DNA of 64,000 nt. It comes from a virus. A model generated the notes under the pieces. It saw only the letters and a list, made by a program, of their open reading frames with translations, did no database searches and was not told the origin of the DNA. Positions 10,437 through 19,344 of the stretch are shown here, piece by piece. The stretch covers positions 1 to 64,000 of the IMG/VR virus record IMGVR_UViG_3300031772_002569; one strand, 5' to 3'. Both the position numbers and the translations under genes were made by a program. Within the stretch, counting starts at the first letter, position 1; every line of letters begins with the position of its first letter.

Positions 10437-11088
10437 ATACGTAGTTGGTGATTGTGTTCAACTTTATTTCATATCCAAATTTACCTAAATATTCTGTATA
10501 TTGTGAGTCTTGTAATACATTTTCTATAATGATTATTCTTGGTTTGTATTTCTCTATATCAAGTCCTTTTAATACTGTTAATTCCCACCCTTCTACATCA
10601 ATACAGACGACATCTATTTTTACGTTTGGACAGTTTTCTTCTATTATAGTGTCTAGTTTTCTGGCTTTTACCTTTATGTTTTTGATGTCACCTATTCCAT
10701 TTGCGAATTCTTTCACCCTTCCTACAAATTCTTCACGAACTTTGAAAGAAGAGTTCCCTTCAAAGGTAAATGTCGTATTATCAGGAATATGTTCTCCTGT
10801 TCCGTAACAATTTACTGTTTGAAAATCTACGTTATCTTCATCTTTATCAGAACACGCACATTCTATAATTTCGTGGCCTAAATCCCGATGTTGTTTTGCA
10901 AAATAAGGAATAGGTTCAACTGATATACATCTCCATCCATTTTCTCGGAAGTGTTTGGATATACTAAATAATTCAGGTCCGGCTGCTCCGACTTCTATTA
11001 ATAGACCTTTATAAGAATAATCCGTATATACAGTTTCTCTTATAAATTTGTCGCATCCGTCTTCTCCATGATATTTTTCGTAATTCAT
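10417..11088 (-). CDS. FkbM-family methyltransferase
   Basis: IEVGA, ISVEP, IDVVCIDVEGWELTVLKG. Confidence 0.9.
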   Translation of the reverse strand: MNYEKYHGEDGCDKFIRETVYTDYSYKGLLIEVGAAGPELFSISKHFRENGWRCISVEPIPYFAKQHRDLGHEIIECACSDKDEDNVDFQTVNCYGTGEHIPDNTTFTFEGNSSFKVREEFVGRVKEFANGIGDIKNIKVKARKLDTIIEENCPNVKIDVVCIDVEGWELTVLKGLDIEKYKPRIIIIENVLQDSQYTEYLGKFGYEIKLNTITNYVYELRIP

Positions 11089-11354
11089 TATTCGTATTTC
11101 TTTGTATCACCCTGTTTGTAGTTTTTGAAAGTAACTTTACCTTCTGCTGCTAGAATTAACATTTCATCCAATTCTTGAATTAAGTCATTTCTCTGAGTAT
11201 TAAGAAGATTGGTTTTTCTAGTAGCGTCGGCAACGTCTTTGTCAGTTTTAGACTTGTCTCTTTTCAATTCTTCGAGATGCCAAATCTTTAGATTGACGAC
11301 GGTTAATTTATCTACAAGGTTTCCGAATGATTCCATATTGTTATTCTCCCACAA
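11088..11354 (-). CDS. DUF4254-like protein
   Basis: GNLVDKLTVVNLKIWHLEE...LNTQRNDLIQELD; the true start may be the internal MESF. Confidence 0.6.
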   Translation of the reverse strand: MWENNNMESFGNLVDKLTVVNLKIWHLEELKRDKSKTDKDVADATRKTNLLNTQRNDLIQELDEMLILAAEGKVTFKNYKQGDTKKYE

Positions 11355-12567
11355 TTTTGAATTTTGGGCAAGGAACTATAAATTTACCTCCACCTTTTAA
11401 ATAGTCAGATTCACGACTTACGAACTCATTTATAAAATGCCAAGGCAATACAAGTAAATAATCTGGTTTAGCTTTTCTCATTTCATCTTCTGAGAAAATT
11501 GGTATGTTAGTTCCAACCGTTTTTAATCCCCACTTATAAGGACTTCTTTCAGCCATACCATCAATAAGAGTGTGATCAAGACCAAAATACTGTAATAGGG
11601 TATTTCCCTTCGTAGAGGCACCGTATCCCCAAATAGTCTTTCCTTTAGCTTTTTCTTCTTTTATGAATGAAACTATTTGTTTTTTTAATTGTTGAATCCT
11701 TGTATTAAAGAATGTCCATGTAGCTATTTGACTCTCTCCAAAGTGTCCTAGAGATTCTTCCAGACGTAATAAAGATATTACTCTGAATCCACACACATCT
11801 CTATAAGGTTGGGTGGAAAATTTTTCTTCTTTGAATTTATCTTTTACAACATACAATCTGAAAGATCCGCCGTTCACATCATTCAATTGACAATCCAATA
11901 CACGAAATCCATTTTTACCCAATAATCCTATCATGTTATATAGATTGTAATAATAAATGTGTTCATGACAGATGTTGTCGAATGCCACTTGATGAATCAT
12001 CAGTGGGGTATAACTTAATTGCAATACAAACAATCCATCATCATCCATTACTTTACAGACATCTTGTAGAAATGGATTTGGGTCATCAAGGTCATAAAAC
12101 ATAGCAATACACGTAACTACCTTCGGCTTCAAATTACCGTATTTTTGACTCTTGTATGCCTTCTCATTGAAATAATCTTGAACTATTACATTAGAATGTT
12201 GTTCTGACTCATTTTTGAATGAATCATCAGCTGGGTCTATACCTATTTTAATGAATGACTTTGGAACATAACTCAATAGAGTTCCATCATTACAAGCAAT
12301 ATCCAACCACACGTCATTCTCTTTAAATGACATTAAACCAGTGATCGAATCAACGATGGAGTTTAGTTCCTTCTTCATTGTGGAATTAATTCCAGAACGA
12401 TACCAATACTTTCCATACATCGTATTGCACGGCGCGGGCTTCTCCAATCTTACGGCTTGTATCGTTTCGTCGTAAACCAACTTTAATTCGTATTTTGAGT
12501 TTGCTTCTTGGTCATCTTTGATGAAATCAGAAACATGTAATTCCCCGAGTGTAAATAATTCTTTCAT
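11341..12567 (-). CDS. NDP-hexose C-methyltransferase (TylC3/NovU-like)
   Basis: LDIACNDGTLL, FDNICHEHIYYY, GYGASTKGNTLL, VLPWHF. Confidence 0.88.
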   Translation of the reverse strand: MKELFTLGELHVSDFIKDDQEANSKYELKLVYDETIQAVRLEKPAPCNTMYGKYWYRSGINSTMKKELNSIVDSITGLMSFKENDVWLDIACNDGTLLSYVPKSFIKIGIDPADDSFKNESEQHSNVIVQDYFNEKAYKSQKYGNLKPKVVTCIAMFYDLDDPNPFLQDVCKVMDDDGLFVLQLSYTPLMIHQVAFDNICHEHIYYYNLYNMIGLLGKNGFRVLDCQLNDVNGGSFRLYVVKDKFKEEKFSTQPYRDVCGFRVISLLRLEESLGHFGESQIATWTFFNTRIQQLKKQIVSFIKEEKAKGKTIWGYGASTKGNTLLQYFGLDHTLIDGMAERSPYKWGLKTVGTNIPIFSEDEMRKAKPDYLLVLPWHFINEFVSRESDYLKGGGKFIVPCPKFKIVGE

Positions 12568-12570
12568 ATA

Positions 12571-13422
12571 TTACCAAATCCAATCTTTTAAACATTCTTC
12601 CAACGATTGATATGCGTCTTTCATTTCCAGTCCAACCGATTTTAATTTATCAGTATTCAATACCGTGTTGGATCTTGGAGCTTTAATTCCTAAATTAAAC
12701 GATTCCAAACTCTCAAAATATTTAAATTCTTTGTCCACCTTTAGATGTTTTTTTATCAATTCAACTACTTCTGTAGTCTCCACATGTCCTTTATTCGTTA
12801 CATTATATATTCCATAAGGAACACGTTTTTCTAAAGTATCTATACACACTTTAACATATTCTCTCTTATTTGACAAGGAATTTTTTGCGTTTAATAGAGT
12901 ATTGTAATTTATTAATTTAGAAATATAATTTCTATCATTGTGTTTTTCCTCGAAAGGAATTCTTAATCTCCAAATATATTTCTGTTCTAGTTCTTCTAAC
13001 ATCTCTTCGCCGAACGCTTTAGTTCCGCTATAAAAACTACAAGGAGGATTTTTAAAACTAAAATTCGGTTGGTCTAATTCCGTGAATCCGTTTTCTTTAT
13101 ATCCATTGTATATGCATCCAGACGATACATGACCCAATGTTATTTTCTTACGTTCACATATTATAGATAACATTCTTGGAAACACTACATTGCCTGACAT
13201 GGTTTCAGCTTTTTTGTCCTCGCAAGCATCTACATTTGGTTTTCCGGTATAACCAGCACAATTAATAATAGTATCGATATCACAATTGATCACCGTCTTT
13301 TGTATATCTTCCATGTCGGATTCTTGGGCAGACATACAGAATGGACCTATCTTTCTTTCGGTCAATTGTTTTAAGAATTCTTTTCCAATGTATCCCGTAG
13401 AACCAAATAATAATACTCTCAT
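12571..13422 (-). CDS. RmlD-like NDP-4-keto-6-deoxyglucose reductase, NRS/ER (3,5-epimerase/4-reductase) type
   Basis: GSTGYIG, NCAGYTGKPNVDACE, SSGCIY, FYSGTK, RLRIPF. Confidence 0.8.
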   Translation of the reverse strand: MRVLLFGSTGYIGKEFLKQLTERKIGPFCMSAQESDMEDIQKTVINCDIDTIINCAGYTGKPNVDACEDKKAETMSGNVVFPRMLSIICERKKITLGHVSSGCIYNGYKENGFTELDQPNFSFKNPPCSFYSGTKAFGEEMLEELEQKYIWRLRIPFEEKHNDRNYISKLINYNTLLNAKNSLSNKREYVKVCIDTLEKRVPYGIYNVTNKGHVETTEVVELIKKHLKVDKEFKYFESLESFNLGIKAPRSNTVLNTDKLKSVGLEMKDAYQSLEECLKDWIW

Positions 13423-14261
13423 ATTAACCTTTCTAAGTAACTTCTGTATTCACCTTTTGGCAAAGTTCCAACAGATTCTTTGAATTTTTCTTTTGATATA
13501 AATCCTTTTTTCAAACAAGATTCTTCGTAACATCCCACCATTACTCCTTGTCTTTCCTGAATGGATTGAATATATGAAGATGCTTGAAATAATGTTTGTG
13601 GAGTTCCTGCATCCAACCATGCCATGCCTCTTTCCATCTTATAAGCATAAAGTTGTTGGTTGTAAAGATACACCTTCAATAAATCGACGATTTCCAATTC
13701 CCCTCTTATGGATGGTTTTAAACTCTTGGCATATTTCGGGGCATTACTATCAAACATGTATATTCCAGGTATAGAATAGTTACTTTTTGGATTCATGGGT
13801 TTTTCTTCCAAAGATTTAACCCTTCCATATTCATCAAATTCTACTACACCGTAAGCTCTGGGATCTTTAACTTCATATCCATAAATGACGGAACCACACA
13901 TGCAGTTTGCTTCATAAAATGAACCATGAAAAATATTGTCTCCTAAAATAAGACATGAACATTCTCCATTAAGAAATTCCTCTGCTAAAATCAACGCCTG
14001 TGCCAATCCTTCTGGCTTTTCTTGTATTTTATATTGGATATTCAATCCCCACTTACTTCCGTCTCCTAATAAGTTTTTATAACAATCGACGTATTGTGGA
14101 CTTGTAATTAATAGTATCTCATTCATCCCTCCATTAATGAGTGTGGTCAAAGGATAATACACCATAGGTTTATCATAGACAGGCAACAACTGTTTATTGA
14201 CCATTGTTGTCAATGGATATAAACGTGTTCCCGAACCACCTGATAATATTATCCCCTTCAT
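13419..14261 (-). CDS. rmlA: Glucose-1-phosphate thymidylyltransferase
   Basis: GIILSGGSGTRLYPLT, KQLLPVYDKPM, EEKP, RGELEI, WLDAGT. Confidence 0.95.
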   Translation of the reverse strand: MKGIILSGGSGTRLYPLTTMVNKQLLPVYDKPMVYYPLTTLINGGMNEILLITSPQYVDCYKNLLGDGSKWGLNIQYKIQEKPEGLAQALILAEEFLNGECSCLILGDNIFHGSFYEANCMCGSVIYGYEVKDPRAYGVVEFDEYGRVKSLEEKPMNPKSNYSIPGIYMFDSNAPKYAKSLKPSIRGELEIVDLLKVYLYNQQLYAYKMERGMAWLDAGTPQTLFQASSYIQSIQERQGVMVGCYEESCLKKGFISKEKFKESVGTLPKGEYRSYLERLI

Positions 14262-14262
14262 G

Positions 14263-14517
14263 TTATTTACTTTGTTCCGCCTGAGTCAAAAATTGTTGAA
14301 TTTCGTTGATGACTCGATCACATCCCTCTTCTGTTTCCAATACTTGTAAATCTCCATCGGTTATTCCGAACACAAAACATTTGTTTAATGCCCATATAGC
14401 CAATTCAAGATTTTCTCCATCCCTACAAGTTATAGAATGGCTTCCTGTGAATTTATCTCCCATTGTAGATAATGGGAATGATTCGTTCAGTTTTTTAAAT
14501 AGATGTTTTGTTTTCAT
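14263..14517 (-). CDS. Hypothetical protein
   Basis: 84 aa ORF in the operon. Confidence 0.5.
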   Translation of the reverse strand: MKTKHLFKKLNESFPLSTMGDKFTGSHSITCRDGENLELAIWALNKCFVFGITDGDLQVLETEEGCDRVINEIQQFLTQAEQSK

Positions 14518-15256
14518 TTTTTGTTAATATTTTTTTCCAATCCCACACCAATGTTTTTATAAACATTATTTTTTGTGGAGATTTTGTTATGATATATTCC
14601 TTACCGCCTTCGTAACCATACTTTTCCAAAGCAGCCTTTGGATTAGTTCTTGCTAATTCGCCTCTGGCTCCTTTTTCTTTTTTCCATAAACCCAATGGGC
14701 CTTTTCTTATAGAATTTCCTGATGTTCTTCCTATTTCAATCCAATTAGAAGCTTTATAAATTGACCCGTTCCTAAGTTTTTGTCCCTTGTAATCTTTATT
14801 TCTTTCTGGTTGAACATAAGTTTCCAGCATAATAAGTGGTTGATTGTATTTCTCTTTCCACCGTTTTGCTCCCACTTGACCGAGTTGTTTTAAAACCATA
14901 CTTCCTGTGTTTTTTATTGTTATGTTCTTTTGAATAAAACAACATCTGGAATTGTTCGCTAACATCCCCAGATTTTTAATTCTGGTGTCTTTATCCCATC
15001 CTATGAAAGAATCCCTACATGAGATAGCAATAGTCGCTGATGATAATCCTATTGCGCCTATATGGTTGCCTGATTCAGTCTCATATATTAACCAGCGAAT
15101 GTTTCGTGTTGGAGAGTCTGTATATTTAACGTAGGAGTGGTATGTATCGATTGTTTGTCGAAACAACTTATTCTGTTCGGGAGTAGCACATTCAACCAAA
15201 AAAATTGGCGATTGTATTGTATTAGAATAATCAATTATGGACAAGGAATTAGACAT
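14495..15256 (-). CDS. DUF4338 (DruA-like)/Mom-related GNAT-like protein
   Basis: YHSY, CRDSFIGWD, NNSR, WKEKY...LETYV, GSIYKASNWIEIGRTSG. Confidence 0.7.
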   Translation of the reverse strand: MSNSLSIIDYSNTIQSPIFLVECATPEQNKLFRQTIDTYHSYVKYTDSPTRNIRWLIYETESGNHIGAIGLSSATIAISCRDSFIGWDKDTRIKNLGMLANNSRCCFIQKNITIKNTGSMVLKQLGQVGAKRWKEKYNQPLIMLETYVQPERNKDYKGQKLRNGSIYKASNWIEIGRTSGNSIRKGPLGLWKKEKGARGELARTNPKAALEKYGYEGGKEYIITKSPQKIMFIKTLVWDWKKILTKNENKTSI

Positions 15257-15305
15257 AAGTATATAACCGTATATACTTATATCCGTAAAGGAAAAGGTAA
15301 TTAAT

Positions 15306-15998
15306 TTATTTTGAAGTCAAGCAACTATTTTGAAGTTCAATGAGGGGACATTTTTCTAAACAAAGATGCACGGTGTTTTTAAGATAGTTATCTTTATGAA
15401 TATCTTCTAATAATATTGAAGGATCGGAACTTCTTACATCTTCCCACTCTAAACAAAAATCACATTTTTCTTTAACGAGAGGATCGTTTTTTCTTTCTTC
15501 TTCATTTGGGGCTTTGTCAAAGACTTGTTCTATTTCTCCCTGTAATCCTACAGTTTTATAAAATTTTGATAGATGTAATGACCAACCATCCCACTCATTT
15601 TGAACCCAATCTACTTCATTTGGGAATCGAACATCCGAAATTAAATAAACTCGTTTTTTGGATTTCTCTTCATCAGAAGCTAAGTGTTCTTCTTCCATTA
15701 ATGTCGCATTCACTTTGTTTATCCAAATATCATTGTCATAATGTTCTCGCATCCCACATCCTATCCAAACCAAACCAGGTCGAATGACCTTTTTTTCCTC
15801 TGTATCATCAGTAAAAGCAGAAATGTTGAAAAGAGTTTTGCACATGGGATCAGCCAACTTTTTAAGTTCATCCGCAAATGCCAATTTTTTTACTTCGTAT
15901 CCATTTTCTTTAAGAATGGATGCCGCGATCTTACAAAATGTATCTTTTCCACATCTGGCATAGCCAGCAATACCTATTACAATAATTTTTTTATTCAT
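15306..15998 (-). CDS. Deoxynucleoside monophosphate kinase (T4 gp1-like)
   Basis: GIAGYARCGKDT P-loop, LAFADELK, ISDVRFPNE. Confidence 0.85.
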   Translation of the reverse strand: MNKKIIVIGIAGYARCGKDTFCKIAASILKENGYEVKKLAFADELKKLADPMCKTLFNISAFTDDTEEKKVIRPGLVWIGCGMREHYDNDIWINKVNATLMEEEHLASDEEKSKKRVYLISDVRFPNEVDWVQNEWDGWSLHLSKFYKTVGLQGEIEQVFDKAPNEEERKNDPLVKEKCDFCLEWEDVRSSDPSILLEDIHKDNYLKNTVHLCLEKCPLIELQNSCLTSK

Positions 15999-16497
15999 TT
16001 GAAAAAATCCTCTCTACTTCTTTGTCATTCAATCCATAACCCTGACAAATTTTTACCAACTCTTCTACTCCACCCTCCATGTTCATCAACATTAATATGT
16101 ATTCGTTTGCTCGGTCTGTCGATATTTCATATTTTTTGGCAATCAATTCCAATAATTGACTATTCATTTTTTCTCTTTTGGATTTTACCCAAGGATAGAA
16201 TCTTCGGTCAGAAGGAATTAAGGAAATCAAAACTTTATAGAGTTGTTCAGATGGAATGGAATCAAAATATTGAAATATTTTTGATATGTCATCTACCAAT
16301 GTTGGGTTCATTGATAATGCCCTAAGTATCATAAAATGGTTAAAAGATTTTCTGTCTGATTCAGACAGATTCTTATAGTAATCTACATTTTGAACTTCTC
16401 GGATATGTTTAACGTGATCAAACAATCCTATCGGTTTGACGGATTCGTTCTGAACGTCGTTGGAATCTTCTTGGGGCTTTTTCGATTTCTTTTTCAT
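15991..16497 (-). CDS. Clamp-loader small subunit (T4 gp62-like)
   Basis: LFDHV, FNHFMILRALSM, LY..L...IP, YPWVK pattern. Confidence 0.6.
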   Translation of the reverse strand: MKKKSKKPQEDSNDVQNESVKPIGLFDHVKHIREVQNVDYYKNLSESDRKSFNHFMILRALSMNPTLVDDISKIFQYFDSIPSEQLYKVLISLIPSDRRFYPWVKSKREKMNSQLLELIAKKYEISTDRANEYILMLMNMEGGVEELVKICQGYGLNDKEVERIFSNE

Positions 16498-16690
16498 TTC
16501 TTAAAATCCTCCGAGATGTAGTATTGACTGAATTGTATAGAATGACTTGATTCCCATTTAGAATATTAATGTCAGCATCGATTCTTTTCAACCTTTTATC
16601 GACTCCTTTTAAGAGTGAGACATAATATATCGACGCCGCTATTGCTATCAATATAGATAAACTACTCAGTATTATCGATAATAGTTCCAT
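16418..16690 (-). CDS. Small membrane-anchored coiled-coil protein
   Basis: N-terminal TM helix followed by a basic coiled coil. Confidence 0.5.
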   Translation of the reverse strand: MELLSIILSSLSILIAIAASIYYVSLLKGVDKRLKRIDADINILNGNQVILYNSVNTTSRRILRNEKEIEKAPRRFQRRSERIRQTDRIV

Positions 16691-16704
16691 ACATTTTTAA
16701 AAGG

Positions 16705-16732
16705 TTTGAGGATGGTTCCTTCCATCCTCAAA
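16705..16732 (-). terminator. Intrinsic terminator
   Basis: 11-bp stem TTTGAGGATGG/CCATCCTCAAA followed by CCTTTT on the minus strand. Confidence 0.7.
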
Positions 16733-16750
16733 TTGATTTTCGACAATTTC

Positions 16751-17005
16751 TTATCGGCGTGCTGCACGACGGCCTGCCGTCACAACTCGTAAGAGTGCGC
16801 GGACTTGACTGTTCGTAAAATTAACGGTTTGTCCGTCAACTGAAGTAACAGAGAGTTTTTGGGCGGTGCGATTTCCAGCCAACGGAACACGGTAACGGAT
16901 TTCGAGGCCAGACGGAGTGACATTAGCAACTGTGGCAACATCACGGGATTTATTAACGGTAGTAGTCATAACTGATTTTCCTTTTTTTGTAATTGTGTTT
17001 ATCAC
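16751..17005 (-). CDS. Small basic protein, possibly nucleic-acid binding
   Basis: Arg-rich C-terminus (GRRAARR); own promoter-like site and terminator. Confidence 0.6.
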   Translation of the reverse strand: MINTITKKGKSVMTTTVNKSRDVATVANVTPSGLEIRYRVPLAGNRTAQKLSVTSVDGQTVNFTNSQVRALLRVVTAGRRAARR

Positions 17006-17054
17006 AATGATTATTATTTAACTATATATCGTAAATGAATATAATCAAATTATA

Positions 17055-18278
17055 TTATCTTCCAACATCATTAAAATAATGAAATTTGGCTTGTTCGTAG
17101 TTCATTTTATTCATGTTTGAGTAAAACAACTTTTCGGACTTTATATTATTCTCTTTCAAAAGTCTTTTGTATCTCTCTATGGCTTTCGGTTTCCACCATT
17201 CCATTATACCTTTAGTATCCTGATGAAATAATGGTTTCAATATCAAGTCTTTCTCTGATATCTTATTTGAAAGAAATTCTTTAGTATTTTCGTAAAAACA
17301 CGAATAATAAACGCCTCGTTCAAATCCATGAGTAAAATTGGATTGTTTCAAACCAGCCGATTCAAAGATCATATTTAAGACACGAAGTTTAGCTCCTGTT
17401 ACTGGTCCTGATACGCCTTCTTTCTGAGTCATTTTTTGTTCATATTCCTGACTTCTGGTTTTTTTAACCCAATCATGCCATTTCTTGTAAATTATTTCGT
17501 CTGGTTTGATTAAAATCTTTCCTGTTGAAGAACCACATTTATGCCACCACTTCAAACTATTGTACATTGAATAAGAACCATAAAGACTCGTGGTTGTCAT
17601 TCCAACCAAAACATTATCGTATAACTTTTTCCATGATTCTCTAACGGTATTGGATACAACCAATGCAGCCGTCAATTTACCACCTAAAAAATTATAACCG
17701 AAAGGCTGAGTCGAAACTATAGTGGTTCCTATTGCTGAATGTTCTAGGTTTTTATCCTTTAACCGATTGTCTAATGTCCACCCAATGTATTTATCTCTAT
17801 CTGAGATGGAGATTACATCACTAGCAATCGAAGACAATCCTAATATTCTGGGGTTCTCTAAATTTCCATCAGTTATCCAAAATTTCACGAATCTTCCAGG
17901 AGCTTGATTGAATTCTGCCGAACTACAAAAATATCGGAGTGTCGTCCACATTCTGTCGTCTTCGGGATTTTTAATTAACACTATGGTAGGATTAAGATTT
18001 TCTATCTCTTTTACCGTAAGTGCCTCGTCATTTACATCTATAGGCGACCAAATTTTAGCTTTGGCTTCACCTGCCATATTAAGATGACCTTTCATCGATG
18101 TCCAATCTGTTATTTCCTCCCATTTCTTTCTAAAAGTGAATTCCTCTACAGACAAAGATTTCAAATAATTCATATTATTGAGAAGTGTTTTAACTTCCTC
18201 GTTAATATCAAAGGCATTTTGTTTCACTGAAATATCAGCAATATCCGAAATGTCAAATGGTTTAGAATCGTTACTCAT
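17055..18278 (-). CDS. DUF4338 (DruA-like) protein
   Basis: PGR, RDKYIGW, QPFGYNFLGGKL, TTTSLYG motifs. Confidence 0.75.
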   Translation of the reverse strand: MSNDSKPFDISDIADISVKQNAFDINEEVKTLLNNMNYLKSLSVEEFTFRKKWEEITDWTSMKGHLNMAGEAKAKIWSPIDVNDEALTVKEIENLNPTIVLIKNPEDDRMWTTLRYFCSSAEFNQAPGRFVKFWITDGNLENPRILGLSSIASDVISISDRDKYIGWTLDNRLKDKNLEHSAIGTTIVSTQPFGYNFLGGKLTAALVVSNTVRESWKKLYDNVLVGMTTTSLYGSYSMYNSLKWWHKCGSSTGKILIKPDEIIYKKWHDWVKKTRSQEYEQKMTQKEGVSGPVTGAKLRVLNMIFESAGLKQSNFTHGFERGVYYSCFYENTKEFLSNKISEKDLILKPLFHQDTKGIMEWWKPKAIERYKRLLKENNIKSEKLFYSNMNKMNYEQAKFHYFNDVGR

Positions 18279-18284
18279 GTAATG

Positions 18285-18312
18285 AATATATTGTATAAAA
18301 AAAGAAAGTCAA
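18285..18312 (-). promoter_or_regulatory. Sigma70-like promoter, probably leaderless
   Basis: TTGACT-16-TATATT, then 6 nt to the ATG at 18278. Confidence 0.6.
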
Positions 18313-18334
18313 CTTCTGATACTATTTATTATAT

Positions 18335-18592
18335 ATGCAGTTTAAAAAAATTGATAAAGACATGTCGGTGTTTCACTATTTTGAGAAATCGCCTACTCAA
18401 TTTGCTTTGTATGATGACGAATTAGACATGCCAATTATGTATGGAAGTAGAAATTTGGTGGATGCTATGGTTCGTAAATTGTCAAAGGATGTTATGGTTA
18501 TCTACTATAAAAGAGACTCCGATAAATTTTCTTTCAAGAAGAAAATAATCTATGAAGGATCGAAGGAAGATGCCAAAACAACAAAAGGTTAA
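18335..18592 (+). CDS. Hypothetical protein
   Basis: 85 aa, preceded by TATTTATT (18323-18330). Confidence 0.6.
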   Translation: MQFKKIDKDMSVFHYFEKSPTQFALYDDELDMPIMYGSRNLVDAMVRKLSKDVMVIYYKRDSDKFSFKKKIIYEGSKEDAKTTKG

Positions 18593-18762
18593 TCCATTTC
18601 AAGTTCTATACGAAACCAACATTTGTTATATCTTGGTTCTTCCATGAAACTCAATTCGGTATCGATTTCTTCTTCTTCAAGACTTACTTTTACCAATTTC
18701 TTTTCAAGAAGATCAAAAATCCCACATACACATACCTCAAGTTTGTTTAACCTTTTTGGCAT
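18589..18762 (-). CDS. Small hypothetical protein (57 aa, not in the ORF track)
   Basis: MPKRLNKLEVCVCGIFDLLEKKLVKVSLEEEEIDTELSFMEEPRYNKCWFRIELEMD fills the gap exactly. Confidence 0.55.
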   Translation of the reverse strand: MPKRLNKLEVCVCGIFDLLEKKLVKVSLEEEEIDTELSFMEEPRYNKCWFRIELEMD

Positions 18763-18795
18763 AGTGTATGTGGGAAGAATTTTAGATTTCTCTTT

Positions 18796-19248
18796 TTAGC
18801 TTACAACGACGGTTTTTCCGGAAGAGACGTTTGAAGTGGATACCGAGGTTACATTCGTAGATGTTGCAACGCTCATGACGTTTACCAATTTGGTTTGGTC
18901 GTCTAACTGAATCGAGTCAGCTTTGGCAGAGTCGAGAACCGATTGTAGAACGGGGCGCATTGCTAAAACTAAACTTGGGCGGCCTTTGCCGGGATTCGTG
19001 GTTCCGATTACGCCGACAGACTTTTCTTCGTCGATGGCTTTCTTTAAACGAACTCGAAGAGTGATTTCTTTGAAATCAGGATTTAATCTAATCAAATCCT
19101 TTATCGTAAAATAGGTTGTATTGGCCGGCCAAACTAATACGAGATTAGTTTTATTTTTACGTTGAGTTTTCTTCGTAACAGAAGTTGTGATTATCGTGTT
19201 AGAAGGGGTTAGTTGTGTTGGTTGTGTTGTTGTTGTTGTGTTGTTCAT
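18796..19248 (-). CDS. Putative winged-helix DNA-binding protein
   Basis: FTIKDL...ITLRVRLKK...GKGRP wing-like motif; upstream promoter TTGACA-17-TAAAGT (19298-19326). Confidence 0.5.
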   Translation of the reverse strand: MNNTTTTTQPTQLTPSNTIITTSVTKKTQRKNKTNLVLVWPANTTYFTIKDLIRLNPDFKEITLRVRLKKAIDEEKSVGVIGTTNPGKGRPSLVLAMRPVLQSVLDSAKADSIQLDDQTKLVNVMSVATSTNVTSVSTSNVSSGKTVVVS

Positions 19249-19344
19249 ATATAACGTGTTTTTTTACTTTCTGTATTCCTCCATTGGACTACATATTACT
19301 TTAACGTGAAACTATAATTTTGTCAAACGGTTTTTTCATTCTTT

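Noticed and set aside
1-14261. Host O-antigen locus or chimeric host DNA
   Set aside because: Genes run continuously into phage operons with similar composition and share the phage upstream motif; no wzx/wzy, integrase or junction seen.
14495-18278. Bacterial Druantia defence island
   Set aside because: No DruE helicase or other dru genes; the context is entirely phage.
19211-19245. ACA-rich microsatellite-like run
   Set aside because: Simply encodes the Thr/Gln-rich N-terminus (MNNTTTTTQPTQ) of the 150-aa protein.
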